A stretch of 64,000 nucleotides of DNA from assembly GCA_965228875.1 (NCBI GenBank), contig OZ245843.1, positions 1,346,616-1,410,615 of the forward strand, given 5' to 3'. The notes beneath the pieces are model-generated. The model made no database searches. It was not told the DNA's origin and worked only from the letters and a program-made list of their open reading frames with translations. This document shows positions 30,745 to 42,428 of this stretch, piece by piece; the first letter of the stretch is position 1; the number at the start of each line of letters is the position of its first letter. The position numbers and the translations under genes were made by a program. The DNA comes from Thalassobaculaceae bacterium (GTDB lineage Bacteria > Pseudomonadota > Alphaproteobacteria > Thalassobaculales > Thalassobaculaceae).

Positions 30745-33159
30745 TTAATGGGTGACCACACCCTCAACCGCGTCGGCCTTGCTTGTCTTGGCAAGCCCCT
30801 CGAGGTCCGGCTTGTCGGATTCGAGCGTCGCCGGGTCGATCGGAACGGGCTGCGAGACCAGCGCGTGCCCGATCACCTCATCGACCGTCGACACCGGCAG
30901 GATCTTGAGCCCCTGCTTGACGTTATCCGGAATCTCCGCAAGGTCCTTCTCGTTCTCCTTGGGGATCAGGACGGTCTTCAGCCCGCCGCGCAGGGCGGCC
31001 AGCAACTTCTCCTTGAGGCCACCGATCGGCAGGACCCGACCGCGCAGCGTGATCTCACCGGTCATCGCCACGTCGCGGCGCACCGGAATGCCCGTCAGCA
31101 CTGAGACGATGGAGGTCACCATGGCCACACCGGCCGACGGGCCGTCCTTCGGCGTCGCCCCTTCCGGAACGTGGACGTGGATATCGCGGGTCTCGATCAC
31201 CGACGGCTGGATGCCGAAGGTGAGCGACCGTGCCTTCACGAAGGACTCCGCCGCCTGGACGGATTCCTTCATGACGTCGCCGAGCTTGCCGGTCGACGTT
31301 ACCTTGCCCTTGCCCGGCAGGGTGAGCGCCTCGATCGACAGCAGCTCGCCGCCGACCTCCGTCCATGCGAGACCGGTGGTCACGCCCACCAGGTCGGTCT
31401 CCTCGACTTCGCCGAAGCGGTAGCGGCGCACCCCGGCGAACTTGTCCAGGTTGCGGACCGTGACCGATACCTTCTTGCGGCCGTTCTGGACGATCTCCTT
31501 GACCGCCTTGCGGGCCAGGTTGGCCAGTTCGCGCTCCAGGTTCCGCACCCCGGCCTCGCGGGTGTAGTAGCGGATCAGGTCGCGCAACGCGTCGTCGGAA
31601 ATCGACCACTCGCCCTGACGCAGCCCGTGATCGGCGACCTGCTTGTCGATCAGGTGGCGACGGGCAATCTCGACCTTCTCATCCTCGGTGTAGCCGGACA
31701 GCCGGATGATCTCCATGCGGTCGAGCAGCGGCTGCGGCATGCGCAGGGTGTTCGCCGTGGTCACGAACATCACGTCGGACAGGTCGTAGTCGACCTCGAG
31801 ATAGTGGTCCTGGAAGCTGTTGTTCTGCTCCGGATCGAGCACCTCCAGCAGGGCCGAGGACGGGTCGCCGCGGTAGTCCTGTCCGAGCTTGTCGATCTCG
31901 TCGAGCAGGAACAGCGGGTTCGAGGTCTTGGCCTTCTTCATGCCCTGTATCACCTTGCCCGGCAGCGCCCCGATATAGGTGCGCCGGTGCCCCCGGACCT
32001 CCGCCTCGTCGCGCACGCCGCCGAGCGACATGCGCACGAAACTGCGGCCGGTGGCCTTGGCGATCGACTTGCCGAGCGACGTCTTGCCCACGCCCGGCGG
32101 GCCGACGAGGCACAGGATCGGGCCCTTGATCTTACCGACCCGCGCCTGGACGGCGAGATACTCGAGGATCCGTTCCTTGACCTTCTCCAGCCCGTAATGG
32201 TCGGCGTCCAGCACCGTCTCGGCGTGGGAGATGTCCTTCTTGATCTTGGAGCGCTTCTTCCACGGGATCGACACGAGCCAGTCGAGATAGTTGCGCACGA
32301 CCGTCGCCTCGGCCGACATCGGGCTCATGTTGCGGAGCTTCTTGAACTCCTGGTTGGCCTTCTCGCGCGCTTCCTTGCTCAGCTTCGTCTTGGCGATCTG
32401 CTCTTCCAGATCCGCCAGGTCGTCGCGGCCATCGTCGGTGTCGCCCAGCTCCTTCTGAATGGCCTTCATCTGCTCATTCAGATAGTACTCGCGCTGGGTC
32501 TTCTCCATCTGCCGCTTCACGCGGGTCCGGATCCGCTTCTCGACCTGGAGAACGCCGATCTCGCCTTCCATGAAACCGTAGACCCGCTCCAGCCGCTCGA
32601 GCACGCCGGCGGTCTCAAGCAGTTCCTGCTTGTCGGAGATCTTGAGCGCGAGATGCGAGGCGATGGTGTCCGCGAGCTTGGCCGGCTCCTCGATCTGATT
32701 AACAGAAACAAGGACTTCCGGCGGAATCTTCTTGTTGAGCTTGATGTACTGCTCGAACTGTCCGACGACGGCGCGGGACAGCGCCTCGACCTCCTGCTCG
32801 TCGCCGGCATCCTCCGCGATGATCTCGGCCTCCGCCTCGAAGAACGAGACGGTGGCGGTGTAGCGGTGGATCTTGGCCCGCTGGCCGCCCTCGACCAGGA
32901 CCTTCACGGTCCCGTCCGGCAGCTTCAGAAGCTGCAGCACGGTGCCGATCGTGCCGATGTCGTAGATCTCCTCCGGCGCGGGATCGTCGTCCGCGGCGTT
33001 GCGCTGGGTTACGAGCAGGATCTTCTTGTCGTCCTGCATGACGTCCTCGAGCGCACGCACCGATTTGTCGCGCCCCACGAAGAGCGGCACGATCATGTGC
33101 GGGAACACAACGATGTCCCGAAGCGGGAGGACGGGATAGACCTCGTTTCCTGCGGTCAC
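30745..33159 (-). CDS. lon: ATP-dependent protease La
   Basis: [36 protein letters not shown] and GGLKEK motifs. Confidence 0.99.
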   Translation of the reverse strand: MTAGNEVYPVLPLRDIVVFPHMIVPLFVGRDKSVRALEDVMQDDKKILLVTQRNAADDDPAPEEIYDIGTIGTVLQLLKLPDGTVKVLVEGGQRAKIHRYTATVSFFEAEAEIIAEDAGDEQEVEALSRAVVGQFEQYIKLNKKIPPEVLVSVNQIEEPAKLADTIASHLALKISDKQELLETAGVLERLERVYGFMEGEIGVLQVEKRIRTRVKRQMEKTQREYYLNEQMKAIQKELGDTDDGRDDLADLEEQIAKTKLSKEAREKANQEFKKLRNMSPMSAEATVVRNYLDWLVSIPWKKRSKIKKDISHAETVLDADHYGLEKVKERILEYLAVQARVGKIKGPILCLVGPPGVGKTSLGKSIAKATGRSFVRMSLGGVRDEAEVRGHRRTYIGALPGKVIQGMKKAKTSNPLFLLDEIDKLGQDYRGDPSSALLEVLDPEQNNSFQDHYLEVDYDLSDVMFVTTANTLRMPQPLLDRMEIIRLSGYTEDEKVEIARRHLIDKQVADHGLRQGEWSISDDALRDLIRYYTREAGVRNLERELANLARKAVKEIVQNGRKKVSVTVRNLDKFAGVRRYRFGEVEETDLVGVTTGLAWTEVGGELLSIEALTLPGKGKVTSTGKLGDVMKESVQAAESFVKARSLTFGIQPSVIETRDIHVHVPEGATPKDGPSAGVAMVTSIVSVLTGIPVRRDVAMTGEITLRGRVLPIGGLKEKLLAALRGGLKTVLIPKENEKDLAEIPDNVKQGLKILPVSTVDEVIGHALVSQPVPIDPATLESDKPDLEGLAKTSKADAVEGVVTH

Positions 33160-33244
33160 GTCAATTGGCCTCGATAAAAGCGCCTCCCCCGTGACGAATT
33201 TCGCGCCACACAGGGCGGGGGACGAACCCTGCGCACGAGAGACT

Positions 33245-33274
33245 TAGGTGGCGCGCGGACCCCCGAGGATCAAG
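33245..33274 (-). promoter_or_regulatory. probable RpoH (sigma32) promoter of lon
   Basis: CTTGAT-N17-CCACCTA resembles the alphaproteobacterial heat-shock consensus CTTG...CC(C/T)ATNT. Confidence 0.55.
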
Positions 33275-33284
33275 GCTTGCCGGT

Positions 33285-34559
33285 TCACGCGCCCGCGTTC
33301 ACGTCCTCTCGCCGCTCGCCGTGAACGAAGATCGGCTTGGCGCCCGCGGAGACGACATCACCGTTGATGATGATCTCCTCCACGTCTTCCGCGCTCGGCA
33401 GGTCGTACATGGGGTCGAGCAGAATGCTCTCCAGGATGGACCTCAGGCCGCGGGCGCCGGTCTTGCGCTCGATGGCCTTCTGCGCGATGGCCGACAGGGC
33501 GTCCTCGCGGAACTCGAGCTTCACATCCTCCATCTCGAACAACCGCTGGTACTGTTTGACCAGAGCGTTCTTCGGCTGGGTCAGGATCTCGATCAGCGCC
33601 TCCTCGTCCAGATCCTCAAGCGTCGCCAGGACCGGAAGACGGCCGACAAACTCAGGGATCAGACCGAACTTGAGGAGGTCCTCCGGTTCGACCTCGCGCA
33701 GGATCTCGCCGGTGCGGCGGTCGTCCGGCGCGCGGACATCGGCACCGAAGCCGATGGACGAGCCCTTGGAGCGGTTGGAGATGATCTTCTCCAGGCCGGC
33801 GAAGGCGCCGCCGCAGATGAACAGGATGTTGGTCGTATCGACCTGGAGGAATTCCTGCTGCGGGTGCTTGCGACCACCCTGGGGCGGAACGCTGGCAACC
33901 GTGCCCTCCATGATCTTCAGCAGGGCCTGCTGAACACCCTCACCCGACACGTCTCGGGTGATCGACGGGTTGTCGGACTTGCGGCTGATCTTGTCGACCT
34001 CGTCGATATAGACGATGCCGCGCTGCGCCCGCTCGACGTTGTAGTCGGCCGCCTGCAACAACTTGAGGATGATGTTCTCCACATCCTCGCCGACATAGCC
34101 GGCCTCGGTCAGGGTCGTGGCGTCCGCCATGGTGAAAGGCACGTCGATGATCCGCGCCAGCGTCTGCGCCAGGAGCGTCTTGCCGCACCCGGTCGGACCG
34201 ATCAGCAGGATGTTCGACTTCGCCAGTTCGACGTCGTTGTTCTTCTGGCCGTGGGCCAGGCGCTTGTAGTGGTTGTGCACCGCCACGGACAGGATGCGCT
34301 TCGCCGTCGACTGACCGATCACGTAGTCGTCCAGGACCTGACAGATGTCCTGCGGTGTCGGTACGCCGTCGCGGGACTTCACCAGCGTGGTCTTGTGCTC
34401 CTCGCGGATGATGTCCATGCACAGCTCGACGCATTCGTCGCAGATGAACACCGTCGGGCCCGCAATGAGTTTTCGGACCTCGTGCTGGCTCTTCCCGCAG
34501 AAGGAGCAGTAGAGGGTGTTCTTGGACTCGCTGGAGCCGCCGCTACCAGACTTGCTCAT
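33285..34559 (-). CDS. clpX: ATP-dependent Clp protease ATP-binding subunit ClpX
   Basis: CSFCGK zinc domain, [22 protein letters not shown] and IGF loop. Confidence 0.99.
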   Translation of the reverse strand: MSKSGSGGSSESKNTLYCSFCGKSQHEVRKLIAGPTVFICDECVELCMDIIREEHKTTLVKSRDGVPTPQDICQVLDDYVIGQSTAKRILSVAVHNHYKRLAHGQKNNDVELAKSNILLIGPTGCGKTLLAQTLARIIDVPFTMADATTLTEAGYVGEDVENIILKLLQAADYNVERAQRGIVYIDEVDKISRKSDNPSITRDVSGEGVQQALLKIMEGTVASVPPQGGRKHPQQEFLQVDTTNILFICGGAFAGLEKIISNRSKGSSIGFGADVRAPDDRRTGEILREVEPEDLLKFGLIPEFVGRLPVLATLEDLDEEALIEILTQPKNALVKQYQRLFEMEDVKLEFREDALSAIAQKAIERKTGARGLRSILESILLDPMYDLPSAEDVEEIIINGDVVSAGAKPIFVHGERREDVNAGA

Positions 34560-34722
34560 GGTTCTCGGCCCTGTTGATCTGTTCCATCGGATCTATGTTA
34601 GCCATCCGGCCCGGATAGTCACAATGCGAAATATCCCTCGGTACTGGTAAACATCCCCTTACCGTGGGCGCACCGCGCCATGCCGGATGTCGTCGGCGCC
34701 CGGTTGATACCGCCGACGCCGG

Positions 34723-35358
34723 TCAGTCTTCCTCGCCGTCGGCGGGACTCGGACGCCTCTCGATCACCTCATCGATGATGCCGAAGCCCTTGGCGTCTTC
34801 CGGGGTCATGAAGTTGTCGCGCTCCATGGCCCGCTCGATCGAGTCGAGATCCTGGCCGGTGTGCTTGACGTAGATCTCGTTGAGCCGGGCGCGCACCGCG
34901 AGGATCTCGCGGGCGTGGATCTCGATATCCGTCGCCTGCCCCTGGAAGCCGCCAGACGGCTGGTGAACCATGATGCGGGCGTTCGGCAACGCGTAGCGTT
35001 TGCCACTGGCGCCGGCCGTCAGCAGCAGCGAGCCCATCGACGCCGCCTGGCCGATGCACACCGTCGACACGTCGGGGCGGATGTATTCCATGGTGTCGTA
35101 CATCGCCATGCCCGACGTCACCACGCCGCCCGGCGAGTTGATGTACATGGAAATGTCCTTGGTCGGGTTCTCCGCCTCGAGGAACAGAAGCTGGGCGCAG
35201 ACGACGCTGGCGATGGCATCGTTGACCGGGCCCATCACGAAGATGATCCGCTCCTTCAGCAGGCGGGAGTAGATGTCGTACGCCCGCTCGCCGCGGTTGG
35301 TCTGCTCGACCACCATCGGCACCAGCGAATTCATGTAGATCTCGGCCGGATTGGCCAT
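34723..35358 (-). CDS. clpP: ATP-dependent Clp protease proteolytic subunit
   Basis: [30 protein letters not shown] and MERD motifs. Confidence 0.99.
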   Translation of the reverse strand: MANPAEIYMNSLVPMVVEQTNRGERAYDIYSRLLKERIIFVMGPVNDAIASVVCAQLLFLEAENPTKDISMYINSPGGVVTSGMAMYDTMEYIRPDVSTVCIGQAASMGSLLLTAGASGKRYALPNARIMVHQPSGGFQGQATDIEIHAREILAVRARLNEIYVKHTGQDLDSIERAMERDNFMTPEDAKGFGIIDEVIERRPSPADGEED

Positions 35359-35450
35359 CGTGAATCTTCCCTTCGTCCGGTTCGTTTCGGGCCGCTGCCC
35401 GACCTTCGTAATATGGTCCCTCGTCCGCCCCGACGCCAGTCCGCGGACGA

Positions 35451-36950
35451 TCAGGCGTCGCCGTCGCCGTCTGCGGCCTTCTCCTCGGTCTTGGCCTTGG
35501 CCTTCGACTTCTTCTTCGCCGGCTTCTTTTCCTCGGTCGCCGCGGCTTCGGCCTGCTCGTCCTCGCCATCGGAATCGCGGAACAGTTCCTCGGCGCTCAC
35601 CGTCTTGTCGGTGACCTTGGCCATTTCGACCACGAAGTCGATGACCTTGTCCTCGAATAGCGGCGCCCGGACCTGGGCGAGGGCCTGAGGGTTCTTCTGG
35701 TAGTAGTCGAAGACGAACCGCTCCTGCCCGGGGAAGCGCGCGGCCTGCTCCTGGATCGCGCGCGAGACCTCCTCGTCGGTGACCTGGATGTTGTTCTGCC
35801 GGCCGACCTCGGACAGCAGCAGGCCGAGGCGGACGCGACGCTCGGCGATCGAGCGGTACTCGCCGCGATCCTCGTCGCTCAGTTTCGCCTCATCGGCATC
35901 GGGGCCGGCATCGGGACCGGCGTCGTGGCCATGATCGTGGTCGTGGTCATGATCGTGGTCATGACCCTCGCCATCCTCGCCACCCGAGTGATGCACGACC
36001 TGGTGGACGATACCCTTGTACTCCTCCTCCACCATCTTCGGCGGCACCTCGAAGGAGTGACGGTCGGCCAGGACGTCCAGAAGCTGACGCTTCATGCGCG
36101 TGCGGGTGGCCGTCAGGTACTCGCCCTTCATCTGCTCGCCGACCGCTTCCTTCAGCGCGACCAGGCTGTCGAGGCCGAACCGCTGGGCGAAGGCGTCGTC
36201 GATCTCCACGGGCTTCGGCTCGCGGATCTCCTTCACGGTGACGTCGAACACCGCTTCCTTGCCGGCCAGGTGCTCGGCCTGATAGTCCTCCGGGAAGGTC
36301 ACCGTGACGGCCTTCTCGGCCCCGGCCTCGGCCCCGACCAGCTGCTCCTCGAAGCCCGGGATGAAGGTGTTGGAGCCGAGTTCAAGGTTGTGATCCTGCG
36401 CGGCTCCGCCCTCGAACGGCTCGCCGTCCAGTTTACCGACGAAGTCGATGACGACGACATCGCCGAGGGCGGCCGGGCGGGCCTCCTCGATCGGTGCCGA
36501 CTCCTTCTGGCCCTCCGCCATCCGGCCGATCGCTTCGCCGATGTCGTCCTCGCTCGGCTCGGCGACCAGGCGCTCGAGCTCCAGAGACGAGAAGTCGATC
36601 GTCTCGATCTCGGGCATCAGCTCGACCGAGAGCTTGTACTCCAGGTCCTGGCCCTTCTCGTAGGACGTGATCTCCACATTCGGCTGCGAGGCAGGCCGGA
36701 GCTCGCGATCGTCCAGCGCGCGCTGAGAGGACTCGTTGACCGACTTCTCGATCACCTCGCCGAGCAGCGCGTCGCCGTAGCGCTGACGCAGCAGCGCCGG
36801 CGGCACCTTGCCGGGGCGGAAGCCCGGCATGTTCACCTGCGGCGCCAGTTCGACCAGCCGGCTGTTCAGCTCGGCGTCCAGGTCGGCGGCCGGAATGGTG
36901 ATGGTGAATTCGCGCGTCAGTCCCTCGTTGAGGGTTTCGTTCACTTGCAT
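35451..36950 (-). CDS. tig: trigger factor (with His-rich insertion)
   Basis: [22 protein letters not shown] domain [11 protein letters not shown] and [11 protein letters not shown]. Confidence 0.98.
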   Translation of the reverse strand: MQVNETLNEGLTREFTITIPAADLDAELNSRLVELAPQVNMPGFRPGKVPPALLRQRYGDALLGEVIEKSVNESSQRALDDRELRPASQPNVEITSYEKGQDLEYKLSVELMPEIETIDFSSLELERLVAEPSEDDIGEAIGRMAEGQKESAPIEEARPAALGDVVVIDFVGKLDGEPFEGGAAQDHNLELGSNTFIPGFEEQLVGAEAGAEKAVTVTFPEDYQAEHLAGKEAVFDVTVKEIREPKPVEIDDAFAQRFGLDSLVALKEAVGEQMKGEYLTATRTRMKRQLLDVLADRHSFEVPPKMVEEEYKGIVHQVVHHSGGEDGEGHDHDHDHDHDHGHDAGPDAGPDADEAKLSDEDRGEYRSIAERRVRLGLLLSEVGRQNNIQVTDEEVSRAIQEQAARFPGQERFVFDYYQKNPQALAQVRAPLFEDKVIDFVVEMAKVTDKTVSAEELFRDSDGEDEQAEAAATEEKKPAKKKSKAKAKTEEKAADGDGDA

Positions 36951-37032
36951 AAGGAAAAATCCCGCTCGAACAGGGCCATTGTTGGCGTGGGCCGGTTGTC
37001 TCATCCCCGAGGGACGACGCGGCCTGGCCGCA

Positions 37033-37117
37033 TGGTGCGGGTGGAGGGACTTGAACCCCCATGGCTTGCGCCACTGGAACCTAAATCCAGCGTGTCTACC
37101 AGTTCCACCACACCCGC
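37033..37117 (-). tRNA. tRNA-Leu (TAG)
   Basis: GCGGGTGTGGTGGAACTGGTAGACACG-CTGGA-TTTAGGT-TCCAG-long variable arm-GGTTCAAGTCC...CCCGCACCA; 85 nt, upstream of tig. Confidence 0.97.
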
Positions 37118-37234
37118 GCCGGGGCGAACGCGCCCGCATTGGGGACGCGCACTGCTATATGACGGCGCGGGCGGCGTCAACCGTGCCAGGGACATGAGGG
37201 ACCCGCCGGCGTCTCGTGCCGGCGACCGAACCGC

Positions 37235-38665
37235 CTACCCCTTCGCCAGGCTGCGGATCTGCGAAGACTGGGCGATCCGGCCGTCATCGGTGTAGGCCTC
37301 GTGGTTGTCGTCGATCTCGGCCAGCCGGTAGAGATAGTTGATCATCATGCCGCAGGCTTGGCGGAAGCCGTTGGCCGACCGGTCGCCGAGCCAGTTCAGC
37401 CGCTCCATGCGCGCGCCGTTGGACAGATGGAAATGCGCGACCGGGTCGCCAGCACCGCCGGAGCGCCTCTTGTGCGTCGTCAGATAGCGGGCGGCACCGC
37501 GCATCAACGGGCCCTTCAACGCCTCCGACAGCACCTCGTCGTCCCACCAGCCGTCGACCTCCAGCCCGGCACTCACCAGCGCGACGTCGCTGACGTCGTG
37601 GCCCGGCTCGAGCGCCTGGACCAGCGCCTTGCGTTCGGAGGTCGAAAGCGACAGGCCCTCCCCCTGCTCGATCTGGCCGGAGAGCCAGCGCCGATAGCCC
37701 GGAATCGGCGACAGGGTCGCGAAGGTCTTCAGATTCGGCAGTTCGTGACGCAGCAGGTCGACGACCCGTTTGATCAGGAAGTTGCCGAAGCTGATTCCCG
37801 CCAGACCGCTCTGGGCGTTGGAAATCGAATAGAAGATCGCGGAATCGGCCGCCTTCGGATCGCTCGACGGCGCGCTCTCGTCCAGCAGCGCCTGCACGTT
37901 GTCGGACATCCCGGCGACCAGGGCCACCTCGACGAAGATCAACGGCTCGTCCGGCATGTTCGGGTGGAAGAACGCGAAGCAGCGCCGGTCGCTGTCCAGA
38001 CGGTTCTTCAGGTCCTCCCAGGACCGGATCGTATGCACCGCCTCGTAGGCGATCAGCTTCTCCAGCAGCGAGGCCGGGGCGTTCCAGGTGATTCGCTTGA
38101 GCTCCAGAAGCCCGACATCGAACCAGGCGGACAGCAGTTCCTTGAGGTCGGCATCCAGGTCGCCGAGTTCCGGCGTCTCGCGTGCCAGCGGCATCAGTTC
38201 GGCCCGCAGGTCGACCAGGAACTTCACCCCCTCCGGCAGCGCCGTGAACCGGCGGAGCAGCGTCCGCCAGCGCGGGATCAGGGCCGTGCGCAGCGCCCGC
38301 TCGGCCCGCCGGCGGGCGTCCTCGTCCCCCGCCTCGGCGAGCCTGGAGACCGCCGCGTCCACGGCGGCGTGGTCGGCGCCGAACTCCGTCGCCAGCAGCG
38401 ACAGGAAGCGCTGACGCCCGGTCGCGTTGAGCGACAGGTACGAGCGACCCAGATCGGCGGCCCGCACCCGCGCGGTGACCTCGCCGCCCTTGTCCGACAG
38501 GCAGTCGGACATCTGGCCGCGGATCTTCTCCAGGTCGTCGGTGGGCAGATCCGGTCGAGGCGCGCCGGTCCAGTAGTGCCGGGTGGAGACCGAGATCTCC
38601 TCCCAGGCGCCGCGGAGGTTTCGGAGGGTCCGGTCGAGAAAACCGGTCGCTGTCGTGTCGCTCAT
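37235..38665 (-). CDS. malonyl-CoA decarboxylase
   Basis: GVKFLVDLR, YEAVH.I.SW.DLKNRL..DRRCFAFFHP, FYSISN, GISFGNFLIKRVV, TLSPIPG and DPVAHFHLSNGA motifs. Confidence 0.95.
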   Translation of the reverse strand: MSDTTATGFLDRTLRNLRGAWEEISVSTRHYWTGAPRPDLPTDDLEKIRGQMSDCLSDKGGEVTARVRAADLGRSYLSLNATGRQRFLSLLATEFGADHAAVDAAVSRLAEAGDEDARRRAERALRTALIPRWRTLLRRFTALPEGVKFLVDLRAELMPLARETPELGDLDADLKELLSAWFDVGLLELKRITWNAPASLLEKLIAYEAVHTIRSWEDLKNRLDSDRRCFAFFHPNMPDEPLIFVEVALVAGMSDNVQALLDESAPSSDPKAADSAIFYSISNAQSGLAGISFGNFLIKRVVDLLRHELPNLKTFATLSPIPGYRRWLSGQIEQGEGLSLSTSERKALVQALEPGHDVSDVALVSAGLEVDGWWDDEVLSEALKGPLMRGAARYLTTHKRRSGGAGDPVAHFHLSNGARMERLNWLGDRSANGFRQACGMMINYLYRLAEIDDNHEAYTDDGRIAQSSQIRSLAKG

Positions 38666-38809
38666 GGTCTCACAATGCCTGCTCGTGCCGGTCGGGGCAA
38701 CCGACTAAACCCGCAGAATATTGCGGTTTTCTGACACGATTATGTTTCCGAACGTCGCCGTTGGCGCATGTCGGCGACGTCGCCCTGTGGGCGCCAGGAC
38801 GGCGGCGCC

Positions 38810-40399
38810 TCAGGCGGTCTGCTCCTTGGTCGCCAGAAGTCGCAGGTCCGGCCATGTCTCCGCCGTGTGCTTGAGGTGCCAGCTGTTGCGCGCGAGGAAC
38901 ACAGGGTCGCCGTCGTGGTCCTCGGCCAGGTCGCCCTGGTGGGTGTCGGTGAACCTCTTCAGCTCCGCCGGGTCGTCCGCCGCCAGCCAGCGCGCCGTGT
39001 GCAGGCCGGCGGGCTCGAAGGTGACGGGCACGTCGTATTCGGTGCGGATCCGGTCCGCGAGGACCTCGAACTGCAGGGCGCCGACGACGCCGACGATCCA
39101 CTGGCTGCCCAGGCGGGTCTTGAACGCCTTGGCCGCACCTTCTTCAGCCAATTGCTCAACAGCACGCGACAAGTGCTTCATTTTCATAGGATCCGATGGT
39201 CGCACCCGCTGCAGAAGCTCGGGCGCGAAGCTGGGAATTCCCTTGACGTGCAGTTCCTCGCCCTCGGTCAGGGTGTCGCCGATCCGCAGGTTTCCGTGGT
39301 TCGGGATGCCGATGATGTCGCCCGGCCAGGCCTCCTCCGCCACCTCGCGGTCGCGGGCCAGGAACAGCACGGGGTTGTGCATCGTCATCGTCTTGCCGCT
39401 GCGCACGTGCTTCAGCTTCATGCCGCGCTTGAAGTGGCCGGAACTGAGCCGCACGAAGGCGATCCTGTCCCGGTGCTTGGGATCCATGTTCGCCTGGATC
39501 TTGAAGACGAAGGCCGAGACCTTGTCCTCCGACGGCGCGATCGCCCGCTCGACCGCCGGCTGCGGACGCGGCGGCGGCGCGTACTCGGCCACGCCCTCGA
39601 GCAGCTCGCGGACGCCGAAATTGTTCAGCGCGCTGCCGAAGAACACCGGCGTCATCGTCCCCTCACGGAACGCCTGAAGATCGAATTCCGGGCACAGACC
39701 GCGGGCCATCTCGACCTGCTCCCGCAGTTCGGACACCAGATCCGCCGGCAGCAGCTCATCCAGCTTCGGGTCGTCTAGGCCCTCGCACTGGATACCTTCG
39801 GCCGGCCGGTCGTTGTTGCCGCGCTCGACCAGGATCAGCCGATCGCACACCAAGTCGTAACAGCCCTTGAAGCGCTGCCCCATGCCGATCGGCCAGCTCG
39901 CCGGCGTGACGTCCAGGGCCAGCGTCTGCTCGACCTCGTCCAGCAGCTCGAACGGGTCCCGGCCCTCGCGGTCCAGCTTGTTCACGAACGTCACGATCGG
40001 GACGTCGCGCAACCGGCAGACCTCGAACAGCTTGCGGGTCTGCTCCTCGATGCCCTTGGCGGCGTCGATCACCATGACCGCGCTGTCGACGGCGGTCAGC
40101 GTCCGGTAGGTGTCCTCGGAGAAGTCCTCGTGACCCGGGGTGTCGAGCAGGTTGAACGTCCGGCCGTGATACTCGTAGGTCATCACCGACGAGGCGACCG
40201 AGATGCCGCGTTCCTGCTCCACCTTCATCCAGTCGGAGCGGGCACGGCGGCGCTCGCCGCGGGCCTTGACCGCGCCGGCCAACTGGATGGCTCCGCCGAA
40301 CAGCAGCAGCTTTTCGGTCAGGGTCGTCTTGCCGGCGTCCGGGTGCGAGATGATCGCAAAGGTCCGGCGCCGGTCCACTTCCTCGGCGAGGCTTGGCAT
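38810..40399 (-). CDS. prfC: peptide chain release factor 3
   Basis: RRRTFAIISHPDAGKTT, DTPGHEDFSEDTYR and KIQANMDPKHRDR motifs. Confidence 0.98.
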   Translation of the reverse strand: MPSLAEEVDRRRTFAIISHPDAGKTTLTEKLLLFGGAIQLAGAVKARGERRRARSDWMKVEQERGISVASSVMTYEYHGRTFNLLDTPGHEDFSEDTYRTLTAVDSAVMVIDAAKGIEEQTRKLFEVCRLRDVPIVTFVNKLDREGRDPFELLDEVEQTLALDVTPASWPIGMGQRFKGCYDLVCDRLILVERGNNDRPAEGIQCEGLDDPKLDELLPADLVSELREQVEMARGLCPEFDLQAFREGTMTPVFFGSALNNFGVRELLEGVAEYAPPPRPQPAVERAIAPSEDKVSAFVFKIQANMDPKHRDRIAFVRLSSGHFKRGMKLKHVRSGKTMTMHNPVLFLARDREVAEEAWPGDIIGIPNHGNLRIGDTLTEGEELHVKGIPSFAPELLQRVRPSDPMKMKHLSRAVEQLAEEGAAKAFKTRLGSQWIVGVVGALQFEVLADRIRTEYDVPVTFEPAGLHTARWLAADDPAELKRFTDTHQGDLAEDHDGDPVFLARNSWHLKHTAETWPDLRLLATKEQTA

Positions 40400-40535
40400 G
40401 AACAAGTCCGTACGGTGTAAAGACGCGCTGTAGATAACCTTCGAGCCGGTGCGCATCAAGGCGCGCGCGTCGCCGGCCACTGGACACGACCGGAACGCCG
40501 CGCGGGGCGCCGAGCCCGGTCACCCCACCCCAGCA

Positions 40536-40600
40536 CCGGACCTGGGCGCCGGACCTGGGCGCCGGACCTGGGCGCCGGACCTGGGCGCTGGACCTCGACG
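40536..40600. repeat. 13-bp tandem repeat CCGGACCTGGGCG, 4 perfect copies + 1 degenerate
   Basis: Units at 40536, 40549, 40562 and 40575, then CTGGACCTCGACG at 40588; lies in the divergent prfC/cyclase intergenic region. Confidence 0.95.
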
Positions 40601-40622
40601 TGCCGGCGCCGTATGGAAGCGC

Positions 40623-42428
40623 ATGATGTTCTCGAAAAAGAAGCCGCTGTTTCGACCGCGTAGTGTGCCCATCGCCTGGTTGCTGCTGGGCGGGGTCGGC
40701 CTCCTGGTGACCATGTCGCTGGTGATCGTGCTGGCCTTCGGCTTCATCGCCGCCGGCCGCAACACGGTGGAACTGCTGCGCGACCGGGTGTCCGACCTGA
40801 TGGGCGTAGTGATAACCCGCACCGAGACGCACCTGCGTACCGCCGAGGTCCATGCCCGCACCGTCGCCGACCTGGTCGCCGAGGGCGGCGTCGACCTCCG
40901 CTCCGAGGATATCGACCGGATCCGCCTGACCATGGTCGCGATGCCGCAGATACGGGGAACGGCCGTGGTCCTGAACGACGGTCGGACGATCCGGATCGGC
41001 CGCGACGGGTTCGTCGTGCGCGGGACCTGGGACGACATCGGCGTGACGCGGCCCGATTTCGACAGCGTGAGCGGGGCCGAGGGCGTCACCTGGACCGACC
41101 CGATCTGGGCGGTCGACATCGGCCGTGCGATCGTCGTCGCCAGCTACCCGATCCGATCCGAGGGCCAGCCGGTCGGGTTCGTGTCCAGCGTCATCACCGC
41201 CGACGACCTGTCGAACTTCCTCAAGCAGCTTTCCAGCCGGGAGGCGCGGGCCTTCCTCCTGGACTCCACGGACCACGTGGTCGCCCACCACGAGGGCAGC
41301 GCGCACGCCGCCAGCGAAGCAGCCGGACGGATGCCGACGGCGGAGGAGCTCGGCGATGCGGTCCTGGCGGCCTACCTGCGGGGCGACCGCATCGACACAA
41401 AACTGCTGAGGGACCTGGACGGCCTGAACTCGTCGATCGTGAGGGTGGACGACGCGGAGTACGCCGTCATCACCTCGCCGCTTCCCGTCGTCGCGCCGCT
41501 GACCTGGACCGTCGGGGTCGTCGCCAGCACCGAGGAGTCCGATGTCCTGTTCGGCCGACTCTACGCCATCCTGATCGCCGGCGGCACGGTCTTGGCCCTG
41601 ACCCTGTTCCTGCTCTGGCGCGTCGCCCAGTCGGTGCGTCAGCCGGTGACGGCCCTGGCCCTGGCCTCGGACAGCATCCGCCGGCTGGAGCTGGACGATA
41701 TCCCGGAAGCGCCGGAAACCACCGTTGCCGAACTGCGGGAGGCGGCGGCCGCCTTTCACGCCATGATCGGCGCCCTGCGCTGGTTCGAACTCTACGTGCC
41801 ACGCCGTCTCGTCAAACGGCTGATGGACGCCTCCCAGGTCGACGGCTACCCGACGCGCAGCCGCGAGGTGACGGTCATGTTCACCGACATCGCCGGCTTC
41901 TCGACCCTCGCCGAGAACAAGGACGCCCGCGAGATCGCCGAGATGCTGAACGCCCACTTCTCGCTGGTCGCACGCTGCGTCGAGGCCGAGGACGGCACGA
42001 TCGACAAGTATATCGGCGACAGCGTGATGGCGTTCTGGGGCGCGCCGAGCCGCCAGGAGGACCACGCCGCCCGGGCGATCCGGGCGGTCCGGTCGATCGC
42101 GCGCGCGATCGCGCTGGAGAACGAGGTCCGCACCGCCGCCGGCGAACCGCCGGTGCGCATCCGCGTCGGCCTGCATTCCGGCACCGTGATCGTCGGCAAT
42201 ATCGGCGCGCCGGGCCGCATCAACTACACGATCGTCGGCGATACCGTGAACGTGGCTAACCGGATGGAGCAGAGCGGCAAGGAGATCGACGGCACCGCCG
42301 AGGTCGTGGTGCTGGCGAGCGGGACCACGGTCGCCGCCGGCGGCGATGCGGCAGAGGGCGCCGAGCAACTGGGCCAGCGCAATCTGCGCGGCCTCAGTCA
42401 CCCGATCGACGTCTGGCGACTGGTCTAG
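40623..42428 (+). CDS. membrane-bound class III adenylate cyclase (TM-Cache-TM-HAMP-catalytic)
   Basis: VMFTDIAGFST, IDKYIGDSVMAFWGAP and YTIVGDTVNVANRME motifs (Lys/Thr pair indicates ATP specificity); two TM helices around a periplasmic domain. Confidence 0.9.
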   Translation: MMFSKKKPLFRPRSVPIAWLLLGGVGLLVTMSLVIVLAFGFIAAGRNTVELLRDRVSDLMGVVITRTETHLRTAEVHARTVADLVAEGGVDLRSEDIDRIRLTMVAMPQIRGTAVVLNDGRTIRIGRDGFVVRGTWDDIGVTRPDFDSVSGAEGVTWTDPIWAVDIGRAIVVASYPIRSEGQPVGFVSSVITADDLSNFLKQLSSREARAFLLDSTDHVVAHHEGSAHAASEAAGRMPTAEELGDAVLAAYLRGDRIDTKLLRDLDGLNSSIVRVDDAEYAVITSPLPVVAPLTWTVGVVASTEESDVLFGRLYAILIAGGTVLALTLFLLWRVAQSVRQPVTALALASDSIRRLELDDIPEAPETTVAELREAAAAFHAMIGALRWFELYVPRRLVKRLMDASQVDGYPTRSREVTVMFTDIAGFSTLAENKDAREIAEMLNAHFSLVARCVEAEDGTIDKYIGDSVMAFWGAPSRQEDHAARAIRAVRSIARAIALENEVRTAAGEPPVRIRVGLHSGTVIVGNIGAPGRINYTIVGDTVNVANRMEQSGKEIDGTAEVVVLASGTTVAAGGDAAEGAEQLGQRNLRGLSHPIDVWRLV

